From positions 12,168 through 76,167 of IMG/VR virus record IMGVR_UViG_3300046804_003617: a stretch of DNA of 64,000 nucleotides, one strand, 5' to 3'. The notes beneath the pieces were generated by a model. That model saw only the letters and a program-made list of their open reading frames with translations, was not told where the DNA came from and ran no database searches. The position numbers were made by a program, and so were the translations under genes. Source of the DNA: a virus. Of this stretch, positions 47,606-57,315 are shown piece after piece (the stretch's first letter is position 1; each line of letters begins with the position of its first letter).

Positions 47606-49462
47606 TTAGTTTACTACCTCTGCATCTACCGTTTCGCCGTCCTTAGCTGGCTTTGGTCCCTTGTCTTTATATACAAGTTCGCCAAGCTTGCTAAGTTCGG
47701 AAATAGCATCTTTCATCTTTGACACATCATCGCTTTCAAGGGATTTCTTAGCATTTGATATACCTTCGTTGACCTTGGTCACGATGCTGTCTTCATACTT
47801 GTTGTCTTTTAGCTGCTTCTCCCAGCCATAGATCATATTATCAAGACTGTTCTTGGTTTCAAACTTTTCCTTTGTAACCTTGTCTTTGTCGGCATTGGCT
47901 TCAGCATCGGCTTTCATCTTTTCAATTTCATCCTTGGATAGACCAGAGGAATTCTGAATTGTGATGTTCTGCACCTTGCCTGTGCCAAGATCTTTGGCGG
48001 ACACGTGCAGAATGCCGTTGGCATCAATATCAAATGTGACTTCGATCTGAGGAGTGCCACGAGGGGCAGGCGGAATGCCGTCCAGCTTGAAGTTGCCAAG
48101 ACGCTTGTTGTCGTTGGACATAGGACGCTCTCCCTGCAACACAACAATGTCAACGGACGGCTGATTATCGCTGTATGTCGAGAATACTTGTGATTTCTTG
48201 GCGGGGATGGTCGTGTTTCTTGGGATCATTGGTGTCGCCACGTTACCAGCAGTTTCAATTGCAAGTGTGAGTGGAGTAACGTCGAGCAATAATACATTAT
48301 TGACTTCACCCTTCAACACGCCACCTTGCACGGCGGCTCCAACTGCCACAACTTCGTCTGGATTTACACCTTGATTTGGAACCTTGCCACCAAACTTCTT
48401 GGCATAATCAACAACCTTTGGCATTCTGGTCATACCACCAACAAGAACAAGCTCGTTCAGTTCTGAATTGGACATACCGGCGTCTTTAAGACAGTTCTTG
48501 TATGGAGCATCCATACGTTCAAATAACTTTTCACAGATCTGCTCCATCTTTGAACGAGAAATGTTCAAGTTCATATGTTTTGGACCAGATGCGTCGGCTG
48601 TTATGAACGGAAGGTTGACATCGTATGATGTAGCTGATGACAATGCTATCTTTGTCTTTTCTGCTTCTTCACGCAAACGCTGAATAGCCATATTGTCCTT
48701 GGACAAATCAACGCCGCTGTCCTTCTTGAACTCGGCAATCATATAATCCATGATAGCCTTGTCCCAATCATCGCCACCAAGGTGTGTATCACCGTTGGTT
48801 GCCTTCACCTCAAATACACCGTCCCCGATTTCGAGGACGGTAACGTCAAACGTACCACCGCCAAGGTCGAATACGGCAATCTTTTCGTCCTTCTTTTTGT
48901 CCAGACCATAGGCTAAGGATGCTGCGGTGGGTTCGTTGATGATACGCAGAACTTCCAAACCAGCAATAGTGCCAGCATCCTTGGTAGCTTGACGTTGAGA
49001 ATCATTGAAATATGCGGGAACGGTGATGACAGCCTTCTTTACAGGCTGACCAAGATATGCTTCGGCATCCGCCTTGATCTTACCAAGCACAAACGCGCCA
49101 ATCTGCTGTGGAGAGTATTTCTTTGCTTCGCCATTCTCTGTAACTTCAATCCAAGCATCTCCATTCGGACCTTCCACAACCTTGTATGGAAGGTTTTTGA
49201 TTTCTTCCTGAACTTCGCTGAACTTTCTGCCAATAAGTCTCTTGGCAGAGAAAATAGTATTTTTAGGATTAGTAACAGCCTGTCTTTTAGCAGCCTGACC
49301 AACCAATCTTTCTCCAGTCTTTGTGAAAGCAACAACCGATGGAGTCGTGCGAGCACCTTCGGAGTTGGTGATTACTGTGGCTTCACCTGCTTGCCAGACC
49401 GCCACGCACGAATTCGTCGTGCCAAGGTCAATACCAATAACAATGTCATTTGATTTACTCAT
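47606..49462 (-). CDS. dnaK: Hsp70 chaperone DnaK
   Basis: [46 protein letters not shown]; likely start MSKSND at 49462. Confidence 0.97.
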   Translation of the reverse strand: MSKSNDIVIGIDLGTTNSCVAVWQAGEATVITNSEGARTTPSVVAFTKTGERLVGQAAKRQAVTNPKNTIFSAKRLIGRKFSEVQEEIKNLPYKVVEGPNGDAWIEVTENGEAKKYSPQQIGAFVLGKIKADAEAYLGQPVKKAVITVPAYFNDSQRQATKDAGTIAGLEVLRIINEPTAASLAYGLDKKKDEKIAVFDLGGGTFDVTVLEIGDGVFEVKATNGDTHLGGDDWDKAIMDYMIAEFKKDSGVDLSKDNMAIQRLREEAEKTKIALSSATSYDVNLPFITADASGPKHMNLNISRSKMEQICEKLFERMDAPYKNCLKDAGMSNSELNELVLVGGMTRMPKVVDYAKKFGGKVPNQGVNPDEVVAVGAAVQGGVLKGEVNNVLLLDVTPLTLAIETAGNVATPMIPRNTTIPAKKSQVFSTYSDNQPSVDIVVLQGERPMSNDNKRLGNFKLDGIPPAPRGTPQIEVTFDIDANGILHVSAKDLGTGKVQNITIQNSSGLSKDEIEKMKADAEANADKDKVTKEKFETKNSLDNMIYGWEKQLKDNKYEDSIVTKVNEGISNAKKSLESDDVSKMKDAISELSKLGELVYKDKGPKPAKDGETVDAEVVN

Positions 49463-49523
49463 AAATTTGGTTGTTGAGCCATATACATTGGCATATGGCC
49501 CAACATTTGTCAACTTTTATTTT

Positions 49524-49976
49524 TTATAGGAGTTTTATTTTTTGTGCCTTCTTTTCTTCAACGGTGACACGCGGAAGTGTGACCTTCAGTGTGCCGTTTG
49601 TAAAGTCGGCTTTGATTTTATTCTTATCAATTCCTTCACCGACAGTGAAAGAACGTGTGAAGCTGGAACGCTTGATTTCCTTGTAGATATAGCGACCTCT
49701 GCTGCCATTCACAGACTCGGGAGCCTGCTTTTTGCCGCCACGAATAACAAGTGTATCTCCTTCCAGTTCAACTGAAACATCATTCTTGTCAAGACCGGCA
49801 AGATCGGCTTCAAGTTCATATTTGTCGTCATATTCAACAACATCAACTTTTGGATAGCTGACCTTGTTATAAGACCCGGCGAACGGTGTTACGCCGAAGT
49901 TATTGAAAACATCGTCAAATAGACGATCAAATGGGGTGAGAAACTCATCCCGTGTGTATTTTGTTAGTGTACTCAT
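49524..49976 (-). CDS. Small heat-shock protein (Hsp20/alpha-crystallin)
   Basis: YPKVDVVE, ADLAGL, EIKRSSFTRSF, A.FTNGTLKVTLP. Confidence 0.92.
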   Translation of the reverse strand: MSTLTKYTRDEFLTPFDRLFDDVFNNFGVTPFAGSYNKVSYPKVDVVEYDDKYELEADLAGLDKNDVSVELEGDTLVIRGGKKQAPESVNGSRGRYIYKEIKRSSFTRSFTVGEGIDKNKIKADFTNGTLKVTLPRVTVEEKKAQKIKLL

Positions 49977-50082
49977 ATTTTATATCCTTTTGTTTATATC
50001 GGCTCCATTATGGACACCGACATATACACTATATCACGTTTCGTGCCAGAGGTTTTGACACACCTCTTCCCTCTAAAGACAC

Positions 50083-50107
50083 AAAAAAGGGCACCATTTT
50101 GGTGCCC
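50083..50107 (-). terminator. Rho-independent terminator
   Basis: gggcacc/ggtgccc stem with U6 on the minus strand, after the HD gene. Confidence 0.7.
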
Positions 50108-50137
50108 CATTTTGTCACACGCCTGAGACGCCTTGTC

Positions 50138-50815
50138 TCAGCCTTCTCGCTTCGCAACATCGTGTTCAGCATTGCAAGACAGATAGTCCGCAACGTGAAT
50201 AAGACGAGCAAGATTATTTCTCAGACCCTTTTCAGGATCGTAAGTCTTTAGATAAGAAGCAGATGCTTCGTCATACATTCCATCCGACAGCTTGATGGCA
50301 AGAGTTTCTTTCCAAGTTAGAGCAATACCAAAACGCTGTAGATTATACAATGCTCTGTCTGTAACTTTCCAAAATTGGTTCTTGGTGTTATGCTTAAACA
50401 ACAACCCTTGCTTGTTCATAGACCATTCATCTGTATTTGGAAGATAATATGGTCCGGTTTCGTCACCAAGCTTGCCAAGATCGTGGTGAATAGCAGCCAT
50501 AATGCGCTCTTCATCGGTATAATCAATCTCTCCACCAATGGTCTCGTATAGCTTCTGTACACCTCTACTGGTCTTTTCTACATCCAATACGTGCTGTAGA
50601 TATCCACCAGTATGAGCGTTATGATAATGCTTCTTTCCAGAAGCAGGAGCAGTGGCAAGCTGCAATCCAAGATTATCCTCGGAATACATCACCAACAATC
50701 TTTCCAATCTTTCGCCGCTGAACTTTTCTTTCAAGAAATCGATGAAATAATCATAGTTTTCTTGGATCTGACTTTCGTTTAAATCTGAACCGTGTCTAAA
50801 TGTTTTATCACTCAT
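50138..50815 (-). CDS. HD-domain phosphohydrolase
   Basis: APAS..YHNA..GGYLQH, HHDLGK, IHVADY. Confidence 0.85.
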   Translation of the reverse strand: MSDKTFRHGSDLNESQIQENYDYFIDFLKEKFSGERLERLLVMYSEDNLGLQLATAPASGKKHYHNAHTGGYLQHVLDVEKTSRGVQKLYETIGGEIDYTDEERIMAAIHHDLGKLGDETGPYYLPNTDEWSMNKQGLLFKHNTKNQFWKVTDRALYNLQRFGIALTWKETLAIKLSDGMYDEASASYLKTYDPEKGLRNNLARLIHVADYLSCNAEHDVAKREG

Positions 50816-50824
50816 AATGACGAC

Positions 50825-50853
50825 ACTTTATCAAAGATATATGTGCCAGTCAA
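50825..50853 (-). promoter_or_regulatory. Sigma70-like promoter TTGACT-17-TAAAGT (extended TG)
   Basis: Upstream of the HD gene. Confidence 0.55.
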
Positions 50854-50863
50854 ATTATAAGAA

Positions 50864-52561
50864 TCAACATTCTTTTCTTATTTCTTTAGCGTAATGATGT
50901 ACTCGGTTGTGATTGACAAGCGATGCCATAAGCACGGCGCTGCGCAATCTTCCTTTTTTCATCGTCTGGTATGCCTGACTCATTATGGTCTGCTCGAAAG
51001 GTGCGGCGAAAATGGTTTCAAGGAATATCTTGTAGTTTCCTGCCTTGGTCATAACGCTTGGCCAATTGCTGTAATATACATCTCCGACCAAATAACTGAG
51101 ACCATCAATGCAACCGGATTCTTTCCAACGCATACGATGCTTACCATCTGGGAAATATTTGTTCTTCACAGTTTGCGGAACATTGTGCCAAGCCCATTGC
51201 TTATGATGATCACCAAAGAACTCGCTGAATGAGATCTTGATGAAATCCAGTTTTTCCTCCTCGACTATCTTGATGCATTTTTCCAGCCAGTTATCACAAT
51301 GCATATTAAGTCCATTCTTGCACAATATGTTCTTATCCTGCATAAGCATATCGTCTTCAAACCACACGATATATTTGGCTCCACTGTCGTGGAAATGCTT
51401 TGCTGCCCATTGACGAGCACCACATACTCCCATATTACCCTTGCGTATGACTTCAAATCCATACTTCTTGGCAATCTCATCAAATTTAATCATCGCGTTC
51501 TCGTCTATGCTGTTGTCGATGAGATATTTGTTTGTTCCGTTAAGCAGTTCCGGATTATATTTCTCCATACTGTCAATAAGCAGCATAAGCTGGTCCGGAA
51601 TGTTGAAACAAGTGATATACAAATTTACTCCCTTGCCGGATTTGTTCAATGCAACCTCTTCCTCGCTTTGAAAATATTCGACATCGTCTGGTATATTCGT
51701 CTTTGATATGCTTATTTCCTGCTTTGGCAAAGGCATTTGCTTTACTCTTTCGAAAAATGTGGATACCAATCCATCGCTGTTGATCATCTCGACATTTGTA
51801 AGCTCCGGATGCAAATACGTAATCAGTGTGAATACACTTTCTTCAGTTCCCATATATCCTTCACTCAGCGTATTATTCAGCAGGTTGTAATATATTCCAT
51901 TGATCTGTGAAAGCACTTTCTTGTTTCCTCCGAAGAATCCACCACGAGCCACGCGGTTCACCTTTGCGTTGGCATATCTGTTCATCGCATCAATCTGAAA
52001 TCCGTGGACTTCCGTGTTGCTTTCGTATGGAAAACACACAAACAAAAACTTGTTCAACAATGGCTCCAATTTTTGAATCACATTATCGTGACTGAAATAA
52101 CCGGCGTGAACGGTCTGCGTCAGTCCGGCATCTATCCAACAATAGTTTTCGGAATCAAACGGGTTGAATATGGCAGCATCATTCAACAAGAACATTTTGC
52201 TCATAACCAGAGGATTGTATAATTCCAGCTTTGCCTGAGTTGACTCTGCCAACCAACCCACCTGATTATACCAATCCGGATCTTTTCGTATTTTGTCCAC
52301 TTTGTCGAACAAAGAGAACCAAGTTTTGAATTCGTCTGCGCTTTTTATTCTTATGTCAGTGCCTACCGACCCTTGTCGCATATTCAACACCATATCCTCG
52401 TGCTTCTTATCCACATAAACAACCATTGGAATATTTTTGCACGCTCTTAGCAGACGATCAAAATGCTGAAGATATTGTTCAAATGGACGCTTGAATCCGG
52501 TATCCAAATCTCCGCGTTTCAAATCAAACAGTCCAGTTACAAGTGTAGTGTTATAATTCAT
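50864..52561 (-). CDS. HtrL/YibB-like glycosyltransferase fused to a second GT-A domain
   Basis: TTLVTGLFDL, SKMFLL..A..NPF.S..YCWIDAG, GGFFGG (HtrL-like); C-terminal LIDNS, N.GVCGAR, WFEDDM. Confidence 0.72.
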   Translation of the reverse strand: MNYNTTLVTGLFDLKRGDLDTGFKRPFEQYLQHFDRLLRACKNIPMVVYVDKKHEDMVLNMRQGSVGTDIRIKSADEFKTWFSLFDKVDKIRKDPDWYNQVGWLAESTQAKLELYNPLVMSKMFLLNDAAIFNPFDSENYCWIDAGLTQTVHAGYFSHDNVIQKLEPLLNKFLFVCFPYESNTEVHGFQIDAMNRYANAKVNRVARGGFFGGNKKVLSQINGIYYNLLNNTLSEGYMGTEESVFTLITYLHPELTNVEMINSDGLVSTFFERVKQMPLPKQEISISKTNIPDDVEYFQSEEEVALNKSGKGVNLYITCFNIPDQLMLLIDSMEKYNPELLNGTNKYLIDNSIDENAMIKFDEIAKKYGFEVIRKGNMGVCGARQWAAKHFHDSGAKYIVWFEDDMLMQDKNILCKNGLNMHCDNWLEKCIKIVEEEKLDFIKISFSEFFGDHHKQWAWHNVPQTVKNKYFPDGKHRMRWKESGCIDGLSYLVGDVYYSNWPSVMTKAGNYKIFLETIFAAPFEQTIMSQAYQTMKKGRLRSAVLMASLVNHNRVHHYAKEIRKEC

Positions 52562-52562
52562 A

Positions 52563-54164
52563 TCAACGTTTCTTAATAATTGTATTTTCTATAATCAATG
52601 CATCCATTTTGGTATTGTCGAATACCGTGAACGCCTCTTTTATGGTAGAAAGTATGGGTTTTCCGTTTACATTGAAGCTGGTATTCAGCAATACTCCGAT
52701 GCCATTGACCTTTTCTACTTCTCCAATAAGATCATATAGCCACGGATTTGTTTCTCTTTTCAATGTCTGCACTCTGGCGGTTCCATCCACGTGAGTGATC
52801 GACTTCAGTTTCTCTTTATATTCATCGCGCACATTGAAAGCAAAACTCATATAAGGAGAATCCTGCAATGCCTCGAAATATTTGTTGGCGTCTTCAATTC
52901 TTACCACTGGAGCAAATGGTCTATACCATTCTCTGTTCTTCACCTTTGCGTTCAATATATCCTTCATTTCCGGATAGCTCGGATCGCAGATTATGCTTCT
53001 GTTACCAAGCGCTCGTGGACCGTGTTCGGCATTACCTTTGGCAACACCCACGATTTTTCCGCCACAAATATATCTCGCCAATTCTGGCAAAGATATATTA
53101 TCGGATACATCAGTGTTATATGAACGATCATATATGTAATAACTGATAGAATCTATATCCAACAGGGGCATGCCAGAATATATCATTTCGACAGGAGTGG
53201 TAGGCTTTAACACGTGCAGAACGGCGCTCGCAGCCAAACCACAATCGCTTGGATTCGGCGGAATAAACATATTTCTATTATATCGCTTCTTGATTTCGGT
53301 ATTCAGCAATACATTCAATGCACATCCGCCGGTAATTCCTATGGCATAATCCGGATATTTTCTGAAATGCTCGTCTGTTACTTCAAAAAATACCTCTTCA
53401 AATGCTTTTTGTGATGTGGCAGCAATATCATACGCCAGTTCTCCTTCGAATCGCTTAGACGCATCGAATTTCAACCCGATCTTTTTTCCTATGATGTCAA
53501 TTTTCTCCGGAATATTCTGGGTATATACTTTTGTTCTGTAAAAATCCTTGAATGCTTCCATCCACTCGGTTCTTACTTTTCCATACCCACACAATCCCAT
53601 CAATTTTCCACTGTAAACGAGATTTCCATCATCAAATCCACCCTCTTGTCGAATGGGAGCAAGATAATGCCCAAACGTCATATATCCTCCCATATCATAT
53701 GGAGCAGAAAATAGCAATTGCGGGTCTTGTCCTTTGCCTTCGCAGACATATCCGTTGAAAAATCCATCATTACCACCGCCGTCAAACGAAATGATCACCA
53801 TTTTATCATATGGTGACTGATAATATGTGCCAATCGTGTGCAAATAATGATGAGTCAAGTTGTGCAGATAGTCTTTGCACGGAATACTCTCCTCATACTT
53901 CATGTATATGCTTACTCCGTCTATGACATTGATGGCGTGAGAATAACTCGTTACGCAAGTATCAAACTTTTCTATGCCATAGCGACGTTTGATATATTCA
54001 CATATCTGCTTGATATGAATTTCCGGTGTAGGAATGGATTTATACTGACAGATTCCGGAATTTTTGTATCCATTGAACCTTTCCATTTCTATGGCATATA
54101 TTTTTTCACCAACATTGAACGCGATTGCGCCATTATGAGAACCGTGTATGGAAATTATGTTCAT
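52563..54164 (-). CDS. O-carbamoyltransferase (NodU/CmcH family)
   Basis: H.SHN, ERF, HH..H, DGGG, GKLMGL, GGCALN, D.G, EHGPRALGNRS, K.REWYRPFAP, HVDGTARVQT, LNTSFN. Confidence 0.92.
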   Translation of the reverse strand: MNIISIHGSHNGAIAFNVGEKIYAIEMERFNGYKNSGICQYKSIPTPEIHIKQICEYIKRRYGIEKFDTCVTSYSHAINVIDGVSIYMKYEESIPCKDYLHNLTHHYLHTIGTYYQSPYDKMVIISFDGGGNDGFFNGYVCEGKGQDPQLLFSAPYDMGGYMTFGHYLAPIRQEGGFDDGNLVYSGKLMGLCGYGKVRTEWMEAFKDFYRTKVYTQNIPEKIDIIGKKIGLKFDASKRFEGELAYDIAATSQKAFEEVFFEVTDEHFRKYPDYAIGITGGCALNVLLNTEIKKRYNRNMFIPPNPSDCGLAASAVLHVLKPTTPVEMIYSGMPLLDIDSISYYIYDRSYNTDVSDNISLPELARYICGGKIVGVAKGNAEHGPRALGNRSIICDPSYPEMKDILNAKVKNREWYRPFAPVVRIEDANKYFEALQDSPYMSFAFNVRDEYKEKLKSITHVDGTARVQTLKRETNPWLYDLIGEVEKVNGIGVLLNTSFNVNGKPILSTIKEAFTVFDNTKMDALIIENTIIKKR

Positions 54165-54835
54165 TGTCTGAATTCTTTGGCGTATTCCGCGTATGTTGAT
54201 GTTGTATAATAGTGATATGTGGTCTTTCGCTTCAACAGATCAGACATATCTTCTTCCGGCCATCCGTGGTTGATCAAGATCGGATACGATGATATGAAAT
54301 TTCTGGTTTTTTGCAATGTCGTATAGAAATAATGGTCAAGTTGATCATATTTTTCGTATGACCAGCCAAGAATGTCCTCGTACATAGATTCTTTGACTAT
54401 CAATGCGTGTGCGGACTTTGCGGCTTGAATTTTACCGACATTTTCATCCAACTTTAGCAATGGCGCGTGGAGAATTGTACCAAAGAACATAGCATCCCAG
54501 TTTATTTTTTCGGACTGGTCAAGAAACTTCATCATCGCTTCCTTGTATGATAAGTGATAATTTCCCATTCCGGTTGACGGCGGATCCATAACATAAAAAT
54601 CGTCCTCGAATACAAGGTAAGATTTCCATCCTCTGGCAATGGCGGTTCTTACAATCTCTTTATGCGCCTCGCCACATCCTGCATACTCTCCTTTTACGAT
54701 TCCTGGCATCCTTTCCATTCCAGAAATCTCGAATTTGGCGAATTGATCTTCGCACTGCTTTTTACGATCAGTGCGATGATCCATATTGATATAAAACCCT
54801 CCGTCCGCAACTTTTCTTCCGTAGAATGTAATCAT
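54161..54835 (-). CDS. GT25-like glycosyltransferase
   Basis: YINMDHRTDRK, GC..AH, LVFEDDF. Confidence 0.78.
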   Translation of the reverse strand: MITFYGRKVADGGFYINMDHRTDRKKQCEDQFAKFEISGMERMPGIVKGEYAGCGEAHKEIVRTAIARGWKSYLVFEDDFYVMDPPSTGMGNYHLSYKEAMMKFLDQSEKINWDAMFFGTILHAPLLKLDENVGKIQAAKSAHALIVKESMYEDILGWSYEKYDQLDHYFYTTLQKTRNFISSYPILINHGWPEEDMSDLLKRKTTYHYYTTSTYAEYAKEFRQ

Positions 54836-56136
54836 AGACTTCCTACCATTCTTTCACCCCATCCTTTTGATTTGCTGAACGGCCAGACAACCCAATGATG
54901 TGGCTTATCCGATGTATTGAATGTTCTCCAAAGTTTGATATATCTGTCGCCTTTGGGGTCTCTTGCTTCTTTCAACAATCTTTCTATTTCCGCTTTGTCG
55001 GCATCTTGTCTGTGAATCAGAGAATTATCCTGTTTTTCAAACGCCACACACCAGAATTCATAATCATCCAACTCGTATTTATTGATTGGAAGATCGATGC
55101 AGTGTTTGAATATCTGTAAGAATGAATCCTCCCACTCCTGTTCAGTTTCATATTTGTGATACTTGTTTGGTGGATACGCCTTGTCAATTGTTTCCTGCTG
55201 GACTGCGCGCTTTCCAAAATGCAACCCTGCATATTTCTCATAATCGCGCAATGATCTGACTTTTCCGAATCCATATACTCCCCAATCAATGGTTTCGTGC
55301 TTTTCTCCGTCCATAGAGAACAGAATACGATTGCGACGATGGCAGAGATGATTTCTTTCTCCCCAATCCTTTTTGTCTGGAATATTGCTGGTATTATTTG
55401 ATCCGTGATCATCCCAATGCTTGGTTCTGCCCTTGCGGGTATATTCGTGCCAAGCGATTATGCGATGAGGGTGGAACAAGTCGTAACCGTGTGTGAATGC
55501 TCGAACTGCGATGCTGATTTCTTCACCGTGAAAATAATATTCCGGATCGTGCGGAACTTCTTTGCAAAATTCTCCGGAAGTGAAACAGAAATGTGCCGAA
55601 TAAAATCTTGCTGGTACGGGTGCACTAAGTTCTTTCCAATTGTCGATTGAAGCTGGTAGGAAAAATACAGCACCTTCCGGAATGAATCTGTCAAAGTCCA
55701 TTCTCCACGGAGTTTGAACTCTTGCTTCTGGATCTTTATCCGGATCAAACGATGGAATATATCCCGTAAGCAATGGTTTCTTGTGTCCCATCTCCTGCAA
55801 CTGATTATACATTTCAATCACTTGCTCGTCCCAATTTTTTACAAACCGATGGTGTGAGTCCAACTGTAGCGTGTATTGCTCACCATCATATCTTTGCTGT
55901 ATCTGGTTTCTTGCCCAGCACGCCCCTTTACTCTGCATATAAGGAATGTCTATGATCTTGACATTTGGAAGATCTTTAATCTCGTCGATATTCTCTTGTG
56001 GAGAATGTTGCCAAGCAATACAGAACACAAGGTTCTCTGGCCATTTTGCATTTGATATGCAGTCCTTTACAGTGGGGACAAGTTGGGGATCGCGGTAAGC
56101 GGCAATTTGTATGAAGATTTTTCCATTAGAACTCAT
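54832..56136 (-). CDS. GT60-like polypeptide N-acetylglucosaminyltransferase (Skp1 Gnt1/GlcNAc family)
   Basis: IFIQIAAYRDPQL, SKGACWAR, LQLDSHHRF..NWD, VPHDP..YFHGEEI..VRAFTHGYD. Confidence 0.82.
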   Translation of the reverse strand: MSSNGKIFIQIAAYRDPQLVPTVKDCISNAKWPENLVFCIAWQHSPQENIDEIKDLPNVKIIDIPYMQSKGACWARNQIQQRYDGEQYTLQLDSHHRFVKNWDEQVIEMYNQLQEMGHKKPLLTGYIPSFDPDKDPEARVQTPWRMDFDRFIPEGAVFFLPASIDNWKELSAPVPARFYSAHFCFTSGEFCKEVPHDPEYYFHGEEISIAVRAFTHGYDLFHPHRIIAWHEYTRKGRTKHWDDHGSNNTSNIPDKKDWGERNHLCHRRNRILFSMDGEKHETIDWGVYGFGKVRSLRDYEKYAGLHFGKRAVQQETIDKAYPPNKYHKYETEQEWEDSFLQIFKHCIDLPINKYELDDYEFWCVAFEKQDNSLIHRQDADKAEIERLLKEARDPKGDRYIKLWRTFNTSDKPHHWVVWPFSKSKGWGERMVGSL

Positions 56137-56191
56137 ATAACCAATTAGTTTACTATATTCTTGTATATATACAAGTTATAATAAATAATTA

Positions 56192-56989
56192 TCAACAAGA
56201 ATTGGAAGTGAGAGTTACGGTTCCTTGCTGAACGGAAAGTATTCTATTTGCGCACGCTACTCTACTCACGGTTTCACCTGGCCGCAGTAAACTGTTATAA
56301 TAACGTAGCAGTTCTCCCGACCAGACTATATAGTAAAAATCTAATACTCCAAAACTATCGGCGGAACCGTCTGCATAATATGTCGGCAACGAACCAGAAG
56401 CAAAACTACCCGTGATAGTGACATTTCCCCCTCCCAAACTCACTAATTGTACTACTGGATTAAGTTGGTATATGCTACTTGATATTGATACTGATTCTGG
56501 TACACTCCATCCTTGAAAATAGCTTCCTGTATTTATCGTCGCTTTAAGAGTCAATCGATCTCCCACGGAAATTATTCCGGTGGATGGTGCACCTATAACT
56601 TCCGCAGTACCAAACGCAACGTTGTTTGATATTACTGTATAATTTACGGTAGTTCTAAACGGAGTCTCTGTTGGAGTTGGTGTGGGTGTTGTGCTCGTTC
56701 CCGGCGCAGAAGATGGTGTGATTGTAGGAGTAATTGATATCGTGGGTGTAGGAGTCGGAGGCACGTATGTGGCATACGGTGTTCTCGTAACAATCATGGT
56801 CTTGGACGGAGTCACAGATACGGTTTGTGTTGGTGTAGGAGTTGGAGGAATTTCTTTCCAACCAGAATTTCTAGTATCATTTTCCGTTTTGATATAAAAT
56901 TTTTCTTCGTCCGTAGTTACATCGGACCCTTTCAATCCGAACACGGAATTTTCTGGACTTTTATGTACTAAAATTCTTTCGTGATTCAT
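56192..56989 (-). CDS. Pro-Thr-rich (mucin-like) probable virion protein with Ig/InlB-repeat-like domain
   Basis: N-term SPENSVFG..FYIKT..NSGW, (PT)n tracts, LKAT..GSYFQGW. Confidence 0.65.
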   Translation of the reverse strand: MNHERILVHKSPENSVFGLKGSDVTTDEEKFYIKTENDTRNSGWKEIPPTPTPTQTVSVTPSKTMIVTRTPYATYVPPTPTPTISITPTITPSSAPGTSTTPTPTPTETPFRTTVNYTVISNNVAFGTAEVIGAPSTGIISVGDRLTLKATINTGSYFQGWSVPESVSISSSIYQLNPVVQLVSLGGGNVTITGSFASGSLPTYYADGSADSFGVLDFYYIVWSGELLRYYNSLLRPGETVSRVACANRILSVQQGTVTLTSNSC

Positions 56990-56992
56990 AAG

Positions 56993-57310
56993 TTATGATG
57001 ACCAACTCGGTGATGGAGTTTGTGTTGGGGTCTTTGTTTGTGTTGGTGTCTGTGTTGGTGTTTTCGTCGGAGTTGTTGTATAGGTAGGAGTATTAGTCAA
57101 TGTAGGAGTAGGCGTAGGAGTGTTGGATACTGGCGGGGTGGGGGTAGGCGTGAACGTAGTATTATCATTTCCTACGTATTCCCATCCTATGTTTCTGGAA
57201 TCGTTTTGCGTTTTTGTATAAAAATTTCCATCGTCCGCTCCAAGAGTAGCACCCAATATTCCAAACACCGATCTTTCGGGATTTCCTCTTGGAGGTATAG
57301 ATCTTCGCAT
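56993..57310 (-). CDS. Small Pro-Thr-rich protein, paralog of the N-terminus of 56192..56989
   Basis: NPERSVFG..FYTKT..NIGW followed by TPTPTP/TPTQ repeats. Confidence 0.65.
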   Translation of the reverse strand: MRRSIPPRGNPERSVFGILGATLGADDGNFYTKTQNDSRNIGWEYVGNDNTTFTPTPTPPVSNTPTPTPTLTNTPTYTTTPTKTPTQTPTQTKTPTQTPSPSWSS

Positions 57311-57315
57311 AAAAA

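Noticed and set aside
49977-50137. CIRCE/HrcA operator or ROSE thermometer before hsp20
   Set aside because: No TTAGCACTC-N9-GAGTGCTAA was found, and the hairpin does not sequester the RBS.
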